A stretch of 64,000 bases of DNA from assembly GCA_964247055.1 (NCBI GenBank), contig OZ176054.1:558001-622000 (forward strand), in the 5' to 3' direction. The position numbers and the translations under genes were made by a program. Below are positions 51,001-64,000 of the stretch, piece after piece (the stretch's first letter is position 1; the number at the start of each line of letters is the position of its first letter). A model generated the notes under the pieces. That model did not search any database and was not told the origin of the DNA. It saw only the letters and a program-made list of their open reading frames with translations. This DNA comes from Paragordius varius. Lineage: Eukaryota > Animalia > Nematomorpha.

Positions 51001-53090
51001 AGAGTTTGTCAAACTATCTCTATATCTTGATGTAGTCTTGCTAAGAATGTATAAAAAATAGTTTTGTTCACCGGTGACCAATATCCGATTTTTAAGGACA
51101 AAGTTTAACTTGAGTATTGATGCGACTAGTTTTATACATTAATCTTTAAAGTATCGTTGTAAAAATCGGATGTGAAATAGTTTGCCAAACTATCTTTATA
51201 TTTTGAGGTAGTCCTACTAAGAGAATGTATAAAAAATAATTTTGTTCACCGGTGACCAATATTCGATTTTTAAGGACAAAGTTTAACTTGAGTATTGATG
51301 CGACTAGTTTTATACATTAATCTTTAAAGTATCGTTGTAAAAATCGGATATGAAATAGTTTGCCAAACTATCTTTATATTTTGAGGTAGTCCTACTAAGA
51401 GAATGTATAAAAAATAATTTTGTTCACCGGTGACCAATATCCGATTTTTAAGGGCAAAGTTTAACTTGAGTATTGATGCGATTTATTGATACGACTTTTT
51501 ATACATTAATTTTTAAAGTATCGTTGTAAAAATCGGATATGAAAGAGTTTGTCAAACTATCTCTATATTTTGATGTAGTCTTGCTAAGAGAATGTATAAA
51601 AAATTGTTTTGTTCACCGGTGACCAATATCCGATTTTTAAGGACCAAGTTTAACTTGAGTATTGATGCTACTAGTTTAATACATTAATTTTTTAAGTATC
51701 GTTGTAAAAATCGGATATGAAAGAGTTTGTCAAACTATCTCTATATTTTGATGTAGTCTTACTAAGAGAATGTATAAAAAATAGTTTTGTTCACCGGTGA
51801 CCAATATCCGATTTTTAAGGACAATGTTTAGTTGAGTATTGATGCGACTAGTTTTATACATTAATTTTTAAAGTATCGTTGTAAAAATCGGATATGAAAG
51901 AGTTTGTCAAACTATTTCTATATTTTTATGTAGTCTTACTAAGAGAATGTATAAAAAATAATTTTGTTCACCGATGACCAATATTCGATTTTTAAGGACA
52001 AAGTTTAACTTGAATATTGATGCGACTAGTTTTATACATTAATCTTTAAAGTATCGTTGTAAAAATCGGATATGAAATAGTTTGCCAAACTATCTTTATA
52101 TTTTGAGGTAGTCCTACTAAGAGAATGTATAAAAAATAATTTTGTTCACCGGTGACCAATATCCGATTTTTAAGGACAAAGTTTAACTTGAGTATTGATG
52201 CGACTAGTTTTATACATTAATCTTTAAAGTATCGTTGTAAAAATCGGATATGAAATAGTTTGCCAAACTATCTTTATATTTTGAGGTAGTCCTACTAAGA
52301 GAATGTATAAAAAATAATTTTGTTCACCGGTGACCAATATTCGATTTATAAGGACAAAGTTTAACTTGAGTATTGATGCGACTAGTTTTATACATTAATC
52401 TTTAAAGTATCGTTGTAAAAATCGGATATGAAATAGTTTGCCAAACTATCTTTATATTTTGAGGTAGTCCTACTAAGAGAATGTATAAAAAATAATTTTG
52501 TTCACCGGTGACCAATATCCGATTTTTAAGGACAAAGTTTAACTTTTGTATTGATGCGATTTATTGATGCGACTGGTTTAATACCATAATTTTTAAAGTA
52601 TCGTTGTAAAAATCGGATATGAAAGAGTTTGTCAAACTATCTCTATATTTTGATGTAGTCTTACTAAGAGAATGTATAAAAAATAGTTTTGATCACCGGT
52701 GACCAATATCCGATTTTTAAGGACAAAGTTTAACTTGAGTATTGATGCGACTAGTTTAATACATTAATTTTTAAAGTATAGTTGTAAAAATCGGATATGA
52801 AAGAGTTTTTCAAACTATCTCTATATTTTGATGTAGTCTTGCTAAGAATGTATAAAAAATAGTTTTGTTCACCGGTGACCAATATCCGATTTTTAAGGAC
52901 AAAGTTTAACTTGAGTATTGATGCGACTGGTTTAATACCATAATTTTTAAAGTATCATTGTAAAAATCGGATATGAAAGAGTTTGTCAAACTATCTCTAT
53001 ATTTTGATGTAGTCTTACTAAGAGAATGTATAAAAAATAGTTTTGTTCACCGGTGACCAATATCCGATTTTTAAGGACAAAGTTTAACTT
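48095..53090 (-). repeat. 13-mer tandem duplication, period 2344 bp
   Basis: TTGCTAAGAA 48151/50495, TCTTGA 48681/51025, ATCGGATGTG 48821/51165 and TGTTCACCGA 49621/51965 are all 2344 apart. Confidence 0.9.
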
Positions 53091-56000
53091 TTGTATTGAT
53101 GCGATTTATTGATGCGACTGGTTTAATACCATAATTTTTAAAGTATCGTTGTAAAAATCGGATATGAAAGAGTTTGTCAAACTATCTCTATATTTTGATG
53201 TAGTCTTACTAAGAGAATGTATAAAAAATAGTTTTGATCACCGGTGACCAATATCCGATTTTTAAGGACAAAGTTTAACTTGAGTATTGATGCGACTAGT
53301 TTAATACATTAATTTTTAAAGTATCGTTGTAAAAATCGGATATGAAAGAGTTTGTCAAACTATCTCTATATTTTGATGTAGTCCTTCTAAGAATGTATAA
53401 AAAATAGTTTTGTTCACCGGTGACCAATATCCGATTTTTAAGGACAAAGTTTAACTTGAGTATTGATGCGACTGGTTTAATACCATAATTTTTAAAGTAT
53501 CATTGTAAAAATCGGATATGAAAGAGTTTGTCAAACTATCTCTATATTTTGATGTAGTCTTACTAAGAGAATGTATAAAAAATAGTTTTGTTCACCGGTG
53601 ACCAATATCCGATTTTTAAGGACAAAGTTTAACTTGAGTATTGATGCGATTTATTGAAGCGACTGGTAATACCATAATTTTTAAAGTATCGTTGTAAAAA
53701 TCGGATATGAAATAGTTTGTCAAACTATCTCTATATTTTGATGTAGTCTTACTAAGAGAATGTATAAAAAATAGTTTTGTTCACCGGTGACCAATATCCG
53801 ATTTTTAAGGACAAAGTTTAACTTGAGTATTGATGCGACTAGTTTTATACATTAATCTTTAAAGTATCGTTGTAAAAATCGGATATGAAATAGTTTGCCA
53901 AACTATCTTTATATTTTGAGGTAGTCCTACTAAGAGAATGTATAAAAAATAATTTTGTTCACCGGTGACCAATATCCTATTTTTAAGGACAAAGTTTAAC
54001 TTGAGTATTGATGCGATTTATTGATACGACTTTTTATACATTAATTTTTAAAGTATCGTTGTAAAAATCGGATATGAAATAGTTTGTCAAACTATCTCTA
54101 TATTTTGATGTAGTCTTACTAAGAGAATATATAAAAAATTATTTTGTTCACCGGTGACCAATATCCGATTTTTATGGACAAAGTTTAACTTGAGTATTGA
54201 TGCGACTTATTGATACGACTAGTTTTATACATTAATTTATAAAGTATCGTTCTAAAAATCGGATATGAAAGAGTTTGTCAAACTATCTCTATATTTTGAT
54301 GTAGTCTTACTAAGAGAATGTATAAAAAATAGTTTTGTTCACCGGTGACCAATATCCGATTTTTAAGGACAAAGTTTAACTTGAGTATTGATGCGACTAG
54401 TTTAATACATTAATTTTTAAAGTATCATTGTAAAAATCGGATATGAAAGAGTTTGTCAAACTATCTCTATATTTTGATGTAGTCTTACTAAGAGAATGTA
54501 TAAAAAATAGTTTTGTTCACCGGTGACCAATATTCGATTTATAAGGACAAAGTTTAACTTGAGTATTGATGCGACTAGTTTTATACATTAATCTTTAAAG
54601 TATCGTTGTAAAAATCGGATATGAAATAGTTTGCCAAACTATCTTTATATTTTGAGGTAGTCCTACTAAGAGAATGTATAAAAAATAATTTTGTTCACCG
54701 GTGACCAATATCCGATTTTTAAGGACAAAGTTTAACTTTTGTATTGATGCGATTTATTGATGCGACTGGTTTAATACCATAATTTTTAAAGTATCGTTGT
54801 AAAAATCGGATATGAAAGAGTTTGTCAAACTATCTCTATATTTTGATGTAGTCTTACTAAGAGAATGTATAAAAAATAGTTTTGATCACCGGTGACCAAT
54901 ATCCGATTTTTAAGGACAAAGTTTAACTTGAGTATTGATGCGACTAGTTTAATACATTAATTTTTAAAGTATAGTTGTAAAAATCGGATATGAAAGAGTT
55001 TTTCAAACTATCTCTATATTTTGATGTAGTCTTGCTAAGAATGTATAAAAAATAGTTTTGTTCACCGGTGACCAATATCCGATTTTTAAGGACAAAGTTT
55101 AACTTGAGTATTGATGCGACTGGTTTAATACCATAATTTTTAAAGTATCATTGTAAAAATCGGATATGAAAGAGTTTGTCAAACTATCTCTATATTTTGA
55201 TGTAGTCTTACTAAGAGAATGTATAAAAAATAGTTTTGTTCACCGGTGACCAATATCCGATTTTTAAGGACAAAGTTTAACTTTTGTATTGATGCGATTT
55301 ATTGATGCGACTGGTTTAATACCATAATTTTTAAAGTATCGTTGTAAAAATCGGATATGAAAGAGTTTGTCAAACTATCTCTATATTTTGATGTAGTCTT
55401 ACTAAGAGAATGTATAAAAAATAGTTTTGATCACCGGTGACCAATATCCGATTTTTAAGGACAAAGTTTAACTTGAGTATTGATGCGACTAGTTTAATAC
55501 ATTAATTTTTAAAGTATCGTTGTAAAAATCGGATATGAAAGAGTTTGTCAAACTATCTCTATATTTTGATGTAGTCCTTCTAAGAATGTATAAAAAATAG
55601 TTTTGTTCACCGGTGACCAATATCCGATTTTTAAGGACAAAGTTTAACTTGAGTATTGATGCGACTGGTTTAATACCATAATTTTTAAAGTATCATTGTA
55701 AAAATCGGATATGAAAGAGTTTGTCAAACTATCTCTATATTTTGATGTAGTCTTACTAAGAGAATGTATAAAAAATAGTTTTGTTCACCGGTGACCAATA
55801 TCCGATTTTTAAGGACAAAGTTTAACTTGAGTATTGATGCGATTTATTGAAGCGACTGGTAATACCATAATTTTTAAAGTATCGTTGTAAAAATCGGATA
55901 TGAAATAGTTTGTCAAACTATCTCTATATTTTGATGTAGTCTTACTAAGAGAATGTATAAAAAATAGTTTTGTTCACCGGTGACCAATATCCGATTTTTA

Positions 56001-56720
56001 AGGACAAAGTTTAACTTGAGTATTGATGCGACTAGTTTTATACATTAATCTTTAAAGTATCGTTGTAAAAATCGGATATGAAATAGTTTGCCAAACTATC
56101 TTTATATTTTGAGGTAGTCCTACTAAGAGAATGTATAAAAAATAATTTTGTTCACCGGTGACCAATATCCTATTTTTAAGGACAAAGTTTAACTTGAGTA
56201 TTGATGCGATTTATTGATACGACTTTTTATACATTAATTTTTAAAGTATCGTTGTAAAAATCGGATATGAAATAGTTTGTCAAACTATCTCTATATTTTG
56301 ATGTAGTCTTACTAAGAGAATATATAAAAAATTATTTTGTTCACCGGTGACCAATATCCGATTTTTATGGACAAAGTTTAACTTGAGTATTGATGCGACT
56401 TATTGATACGACTAGTTTTATACATTAATTTATAAAGTATCGTTCTAAAAATCGGATATGAAAGAGTTTGTCAAACTATCTCTATATTTTGATGTAGTCT
56501 TACTAAGAGAATGTATAAAAAATAGTTTTGTTCACCGGTGACCAATATCCGATTTTTAAGGACAAAGTTTAACTTGAGTATTGATGCGACTAGTTTAATA
56601 CATTAATTTTTAAAGTATCATTGTAAAAATCGGATATGAAAGAGTTTGTCAAACTATCTCTATATTTTGATGTAGTCTTACTAAGAGAATGTATAAAAAA
56701 TAGTTTTGTTCACCGGTGAC
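52320..56720 (-). repeat. 12-mer tandem duplication, period 2193 bp (overlaps the 2344-bp duplication)
   Basis: TCGATTTATA 52341/54534, AAGAGTTTTT 52801/54994, GTCCTTC 53381/55574 and the A of TTTATGG 54174/56367 are all 2193 apart. Confidence 0.9.
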
Positions 56721-59700
56721 CAATATCCGATTTTTAAGGACAAAGTTTAACTTGAGTATTGATGCGATTTATTGTAGCGACTGGTAATACCATAATTTTT
56801 AAAGTATCGTTGTAAAAATCGGATATGAAATAGTTTGTCAAACTATCTCTATATTTTGATGTAGTCTTACTAAGAGAATGTAAAAAAAATAGTTTTGTTC
56901 ACCGGTGACCAATATCCGATTTTTAAGGACAAAGTTTAACTTGAGTATTGATGCGACTAGTTTAATACATTAATTTTTAAAGTATCGTTGTAAAAATCGG
57001 ATATGAAAGAGTTTGTCAAACTATCTCTATATTTTGATGTAGTCTTGCTAAGAATGTATAAAAAATAGTTTTGTTCACCGGTGACCAATATCCGATTTTT
57101 AAGGACAAAGTTTAACTTGAGTATTGATGCGACTAGTTTTATACATTAATCTTTAAAGTATCGTTGTAAAAATCGGATATGAAATAGTTTGCCAAACTAT
57201 CTTTATATTTTGAGGTAGTCCTACTAAGAGAATGTATAAAAAATAATTTTGTTCACCGGTGACCAATATTCGATTTTTAAGGACAAAGTTTAACTTGAGT
57301 ATTGATGCGACTAGTTTTATACATTAATCTTTAAAGTATCGTTGTAAAAATCGGATATGAAATAGTTTGCCAAACTATCTTTATATTTTGAGGTAGTCCT
57401 ACTAAGAGAATGTATAAAAAATAATTTTGTTCACCGGTGACCAATATCCGATTTTTAAGGACAAAGTTTAACTTGAGTATTGATGCGATTTATTGATACG
57501 ACTTTTTATACATTAATTTTTAAAGTATCGTTGTAAAAATCGGATATGAAAGAGTTTGTCAAACTATCTCTATATTTTGATGTAGTCTTGCTAAGAGAAT
57601 GTATAAAAAATAGTTTTGTTCACCGGTGACCAATATCCGATTTTTAAGGACCAAGTTTAACTTGAGTATTGATGCTACTAGTTTAATACATTAATTTTTT
57701 AAGTATCGTTGTAAAAATCGGATATGAAAGAGTTTGTCAAACTATCTCTATATTTTGATGTAGTCTTACTAAGAGAATGTATAAAAAATAGTTTTGTTCA
57801 CCGGTGACCAATATCCGATTTTTAAGGACAAAGTTTAACTTGAGTATTGATGCGATTTATTGAAGCGACTGGTAATACCATAATTTTTAAAGTATCGTTG
57901 TAAAAATCGGATATGAAATAGTTTGTCAAACTATCTCTATATTTTGATGTAGTCTTACTAAGAGAATGTATAAAAAATAGTTTTGTTCACCGGTGACCAA
58001 TATCCGATTTTTAAGGACAAAGTTTAACTTGAGTATTGATGCGACTAGTTTTATACATTAATGTTTAAAGTATCGTTGTAAAAATCGGATATGAAATAGT
58101 TTGCCAAACTATCTTTATATTTTGAGGTAGTCCTACTAAGAGAATGTATAAAAAATAATTTTGTTCACCGGTGACCAATATCCTATTTTTAAGGACAAAG
58201 TTTAACTTGAGTATTGATGCGATTTATTGATACGACTTTTTATACATTAATTTTTAAAGTATCGTTGTAAAAATCGGATATGAAATAGTTTGTCAAACTA
58301 TCTCTATATTTTGATGTAGTCTTACTAAGAGAATATATAAAAAATTATTTTGTTTACCGACCAATATCCGATTTTTAAGGACAAAGTTTAACTTGAGTAT
58401 TGATGCGACTTATTGATACGACTAGTTTTATACATTAATTTATAAAGTATCGTTCTAAAAATCGGATATGAAAGAGTTTGTCAAACTATCTCTATATTTT
58501 GATGTAGTCTTGCTAAGAGAATGTATAAAAAATAGTTTTGTTCACCGGTGACCTATATCCGATTTTTAAGGACAAAGTTTAACTTGAGTATTGATGCGAC
58601 TGGTTTAATACCATAATTTTTAAAGGATCGTTGTAAAAATCGGATATGAAAGAGTTTGTCAAACTATCTCTATATTTTGATGTAGTCTTACTAAGAGAAT
58701 GTATAAAAAATAGTTTTGTTCACCCGTGACCAATATCCGATTTTTAAGGACAAAGTTTAACTTTTGTATTGATGCGATTTATTGATGCGACTGGTTTAAT
58801 ACCATAATTTTTAAAGTATCGTTGTAAAAATCGGATATGAAAGAGTTTGTCAAACTATCTCTATATTTTGATGTAGTCTTACTAAGAGAATGTATAAAAA
58901 ATAGTTTTGTTCACCGGTGACCAATATCCGATTTTTAAGGACAAAGTTTAACTTGAGTATTGATGCGACTAGTTTAATACATTAATTTTTAAAGTATCGT
59001 TGTAAAAATCGGATATGAAAGAGTTTGTCAAACTATCTCTATATTTTGATGTAGTCTTGCTAAGAATGTATAAAAAATAGTTTTGTTCACCGGTGACCAA
59101 TATCCGATTTTTAAGGACAAAGTTTAACTTGAGTATTGATGCGACTGGTTTAATACCATAATTTTTAAAGTATCATTGTAAAAATCGGATATGAAAGAGT
59201 TTGTCAAACTATCTCTATATTTTGATGTAGTCTTACTAAGAGAATGTATAAAAAATAGTTTTGTTCACCGGTGACCAATATCCGATTTTTAAGGACAAAG
59301 TTTAACTTGAGTATTGATGCGATTTATTGTAGCGACTGGTAATACCATAATTTTTAAAGTATCGTTGTAAAAATCGGATATGAAATAGTTTGTCAAACTA
59401 TCTCTATATTTTGATGTAGTCTTACTAAGAGAATGTAAAAAAAATAGTTTTGTTCACCGGTGACCAATATCCGATTTTTAAGGACAAAGTTTAACTTGAG
59501 TATTGATGCGACTAGTTTAATACATTAATTTTTAAAGTATCGTTGTAAAAATCGGATATGAAAGAGTTTGTCAAACTATCTCTATATTTTGATGTAGTCT
59601 TGCTAAGAATGTATAAAAAATAGTTTTGTTCACCGGTGACCAATATCCGATTTTTAAGGACAAAGTTTAACTTGAGTATTGATGCGACTAGTTTTATACA

Positions 59701-62700
59701 TTAATCTTTAAAGTATCGTTGTAAAAATCGGATATGAAATAGTTTGCCAAACTATCTTTATATTTTGAGGTAGTCCTACTAAGAGAATGTATAAAAAATA
59801 ATTTTGTTCACCGGTGACCAATATCCGATTTTTAAGGACAAAGTTTAACTTGAGTATTGATGCGATTTATTGATACGACTTTTTATACATTAATTTTTAA
59901 AGTATCGTTGTAAAAATCGGATATGAAAGAGTTTGTCAAACTATCTCTATATTTTGATGTAGTCTTGGTAAGAGAATGTATAAAAAATAGTTTTGTTCAC
60001 CGGTGACCAATATCCGATTTTTAAGGACCAAGTTTAACTTGAGTATTGATGCGACTAGTTTTATACATTATTCTTTAAAGTATCGTTGTAAAAATCGGAT
60101 ATGAAATAGTTTGCCAAACTATCTTTATATTTTGAGGTAGTCCTACTAAGAGAATGTATAAAAAATAATTTTGTTCACCGGTGACCAATATCCGATTTTT
60201 AAGGACAAAGTTTAACTTGAGTATTGATGCGATTTATTGATACGACTTTTTATACATTAATTTTTAAAGTATCGTTGTAAAAATCGGATATGAAAGAGTT
60301 TGTCAAACTATCTCTATATTTTGATGTAGTCTTGCTAAGAGAATGTATAAAAAATAGTTTTGTTCACCGGTGACCAATATCCGATTTTTAAGGACCAAGT
60401 TTAACTTGAGTATTGATGCTACTAGTTTAATACATTAATTTTTTAAGTATCGTTGTAAAAATCGGATATGAAAGAGTTTGTCAAACTATCTCTATATTTT
60501 GATGTAGTCCTACTAAGGGAATGTATAAAAAATAGTTTTGTTCACCGGTGACCAATATCCGATTTTTAAGGACAATGTTTAGCTTGAGTATTGATGCGAC
60601 TAGTTTTATACATTAATTTTTAAAGTATCGTTGTAAAAATCGGATATGAAAGAGTTTGTCAAACTATTTCTATATTTTTATGTAGTCTTACTAAGAGAAT
60701 GTATAAAAAATAATTTTGTTCACCGGTGACCAATATTCGATTTTTAAGGACAAAGTTTAACTTGAGTATTGATGCGACTAGTTTTATACATTAATCTTTA
60801 AAGTATCGTTGTAAAAATCGGATATGAAATAGTTTGCCAAACTATGTTTATATTTTGAGGTAGTCCTACTAAGAGAATGTATAAAAAATAATTTGGTTCA
60901 CCGGTGACCAATATCCGATTTTTAAGGACAAAGTTTAACTTGAGTATTGATGCGACTAGTTTTATACATTAATCTTTAAAGTATCGTTGTAAAAACCGGA
61001 TATGAAATAGTTTGCCAAACTATCTTTATATTTTGAGGTAGTCCTACTAAGAGAATGTATAAAAAATAATTTTGTTCACCGGTGACCAATATTCGATTTT
61101 TAAGGACAAAGTTTAACTTGAGTATTGATGCGACTAGTTTTATACATTAATCTTTAAAGTATCGTTGTAAAAATCGGATATGAAATAGTTTGCCAAACTA
61201 TCTTTATATTTTGAGGTAGTCCTACTAAGAGAATGTATAAAAAATAATTTTGTTCACCGGTGACCAATATCCGATTATTAAGGACAAAGTTTAACTTGAG
61301 TATTGATGCGATTTATTGATACGACTTTTTATACATTAATTTTTAAAGTATCGTTGTAAAAATCGGATATGAAAGAGTTTGTCAAACTATCTCTATATTT
61401 TGATGTAGTCTTGGTAAGAGAATGTATAAAAAATAGTTTTGTTCACCGGTGACCAATATCCGATTTTTAAGGACCAAGTTTAACTTGAGTATTGATGCGA
61501 CTAGTTTTATACATTATTCTTTAGAGTATCGTTGTAAAAATCGGATATGAAATAGTTTGCCAAACTATCTTTATATTTTGAGGTAGTCCTACTAAGAGAA
61601 TGTATAAAAAATAATTTTGTTCACCGGTGACCAATATCCTATTTTTAAGGACAAAGTTTAACTTGAGTATTGATGCGATTTATTGATACGACTTTTTATA
61701 CATTTATTTTTAAAGTATCGTTGTAAAAATCGGATATGAAATAGTTTGTCAAACTATCTCTATATTTTGATGTAGTCTTACTAAGAGAATGTATAAAAAA
61801 TTACTTTGTTCACCGGTGACCAATATCCGATTTTTAAGGACAAAGTTTAACTTGAGTATTGATGCGACTTATTGATACGACTAGTTTTATACATTAATTT
61901 ATAAAGTATCGTTCTAAAAATCGGATATGAAAGAGTTTGTCAAACTATCTCTATATTTTGATGTAGTCTTGCTAAGAGAATGTATAAAAAATAGTTTTGT
62001 TCACCGGTGACCTATATCCGATTTTTAAGGACAAAGTTTAACTTGAGTATTGATGCGACTGGTTTAATACCATAATTTTTAAAGGATCGTTGTAAAAATC
62101 GGATATGAAAGAGTTTGTCAAACTATCTCTATATTTTGATGTAGTCTTACTAAGAGAATGTATAAAAATAGTTTTGTTCACCGGTGACCAATATCCGATT
62201 TTTAAGGACAAAGTTTAACTTTTGTATTGATGCGATTTATTGATGCGACTGGTTTAATACCATAATTTTTAAAGTATCGTTGTAAAAATCGGATATGAAA
62301 GAGTTTGTCAAACTATCTCTATATTTTGATGTAGTCTTACTAAGAGAATGTATAAAAAATAGTTTTGTTCACCGGTGACCAATATCCGATTTTTAAGGAC
62401 AAAGTTTAACTTGAGTATTGATGCGACTAGTTTAATACTTTAATTTTTAAAGTATCGTTGTAAAAATCGGATATGAAAGAGTTTGTCAAACTATCTCTAT
62501 ATTTTGATGTAGTCTTGCTAAGAATGTATAAAAAATAGTTTTGTTCACCGGTGACCAATATCCGATTTTTAAGGACAAAGTTTAACTTGAGTATTGATGC
62601 GACTGGTTTAATACCATAATTTTTAAAGTATCATTGTAAAAATCGGATATGAAAGAGTTTGTCAAACTATCTCTATATTTTGATGTAGTCTTACTAAGAG

Positions 62701-64000
62701 AATGTATAAAAAATAGTTTTGTTCACCGGTGACCAATATCCGATTTTTAAGGACAAAGTTTAACTTGAGTATTGATGCGATTTATTGAAGCGACTGGTAA
62801 TACCATAATTTTTAAAGTATCGTTGTAAAAATCGGATATGAAATAGTTTGTCAAACTATCTCTATATTTTGATGTAGTCTTACTAAGAGAATGTATAAAA
62901 AATAGTTTTGTTCACCGGTGACCAATATCCGATTTTTAAGGACAAAGTTTAACTTGAGTATTGATGCAGCTAGTTTAATACATTAATTTTTAAAGTATCG
63001 TTGTAAAAATCGGATATGAAAGAGTTTGTCAAACTATCTCTATATTTTGATGTAGTCTTGCTAAGAATGTATAAAAAATAGTTTTGTTCACCGGTGACCA
63101 ATATCCGATTTTTAAGGACAAAGTTTAACTTGAGTATTGGTGCGACTGGTTTAATACCATAATTTTTAAAGTATCGTTGTAAAAATCGGATATGGAAGAG
63201 TTTGTCAAACTATCTCTATATTTTGATGTAGTCTTACTAAGAGAATGTATAAAAAATAGTTTTGTTCACCGGTGACCAATATCCGATTTTTAAGGACAAA
63301 GTTTAACTTGAGTATTGATGCGACTGGTTTAATACCATAATTTTTAAAGTATCGTTGTAAAAATCGGATAGGAAAGAGTTTGTCAAACTATCTCTATATT
63401 TTGATGTAGTCTTACTAAGAGAATGTATATAAAATAATTTTGTTCACCGGTGACCAATATCCGATTTTTAAGGACAAAGTTTAACTTGAGTATTGATGCG
63501 ACTGGTTTAATACCATAATTTTTAAAGTATCGTTGAAATCGGATATGAAAGAGTTTGTCAAACTATCTCTATATTTTTATGTAGTCTTACTAAGAGAATG
63601 TATAAAAAATAATTTTGTTCACCGGTGACCAATATCCGATTTTTAAGGACAAAGTTTAACTTGAGTATTGATGCGACTAGTTTAATAATACATTAATTTT
63701 TAAAGTATCGTTGTAAAAATCGGATATGAAAGAGTTTGTCAAACTATCTCTATATTTTGATGTAGTTCTTACTAAGAGAATGTATAAAAAATAGTTTTGT
63801 TCACCGGTGACCAATATCCGATTTTTAAAGACAAAGTTTAACTTGAGTATTGATGCGACTGGTTTAATACCATAATTTTTAAAGTATCGTTGTAAAAATC
63901 GGATATGAAAAAGTTAGTCAAACTATCTCTATATTTTGATGTAGTCTTACTAAGAGAATGTATAAAAAATTATTTTGTTTACCGGTGACCAATATCCGAT

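Larger units (their letters stand above)
24638..64000 (-). repeat. Same 178-bp satellite array, reverse-oriented arm
   Basis: From 24638 the sequence is the reverse complement of the monomer (TGATGCGACTAG...AAAGTATCGTTGTAAAAATCGGATATGAAAGAGTTTGTCAAAC...TTGTTCACCGGTGACCAATATCCG) and continues to the window end. Confidence 0.99.

Noticed and set aside
1-64000. Protein-coding ORFs
   Set aside because: TAA/TAG stops are dense on both strands (e.g. TTAGTAAG, TTAAAAATTAATGTATTAAACTAG). 178 is not a multiple of 3, so any frame shifts each monomer. No long ORF is supportable.
1-64000. CRISPR array (palindromic repeats at regular spacing)
   Set aside because: The sequence between the palindromes is as conserved as the palindromes. 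There are no unique spacers, leader or cas genes.
1-64000. Arabidopsis CEN178/CEN180 or Brassica CentBr identity suggested by monomer length
   Set aside because: The sequence does not resemble those consensus sequences as I recall them, and is more AT-rich. AAGCTT occurs only as a rare variant (~27152, ~28772). Length alone is not diagnostic.
1-64000. 10-bp phased A-tracts (intrinsic curvature), promoters, terminators, telomeric repeats, tRNA/rRNA
   Set aside because: A/T tracts are frequent but irregularly spaced by eye. TATA-like and hairpin-plus-T motifs are by-products of composition. I saw no telomere-motif runs or RNA-gene signatures.

Overview
The whole 64 kb window is one AT-rich tandem satellite array. 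It contains no coding, RNA-gene, CRISPR or recognisable transposon sequence. The monomer is 178 bp and about 27.5% GC; a consensus-like copy lies at 5576-5753: AATTATTTTTTATACATTCTCTTAGTAAGACTACATCAAAATATAGAGATAGTTTGACAAACTCTTTCATATCCGATTTTTACAACGATACTTTAAAAATTAATGTATTAAACTAGTCGCATCAATACTCAAGTTAAACTTTGTCCTTAAAAATCGGATATTGGTCACCGGTGAACAA. A frequent 191-bp class carries a 13-bp internal duplication. The array runs on + from 1 to 24637 and flips to - from 24638 to 64000 at a head-to-head junction centred on the monomer's ACTAGT palindrome. Shared SNPs and indels reveal many local higher-order repeats and block duplications, with periods of 519, ~911, 1450/1267, 2160/1804, 2193, 2344, 3446, 3598 and ~10900 bp. 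The most notable observations are: (1) a duplicated 78-bp in-place micro-inversion centred on the TCACCGGTGA dyad; (2) the large inversion junction; (3) a derived monomer variant, confined to 28.3-35.5 kb, that gains 8 of the 9 essential CENP-B-box bases at exact spacing; (4) recurrent SNPs that perfect a 23-bp quasi-palindrome. Length and organisation suggest a eukaryotic centromeric or pericentromeric satellite, but that is inference and I cannot identify the organism. All counts and coordinates were read by eye; HOR boundaries are approximate.
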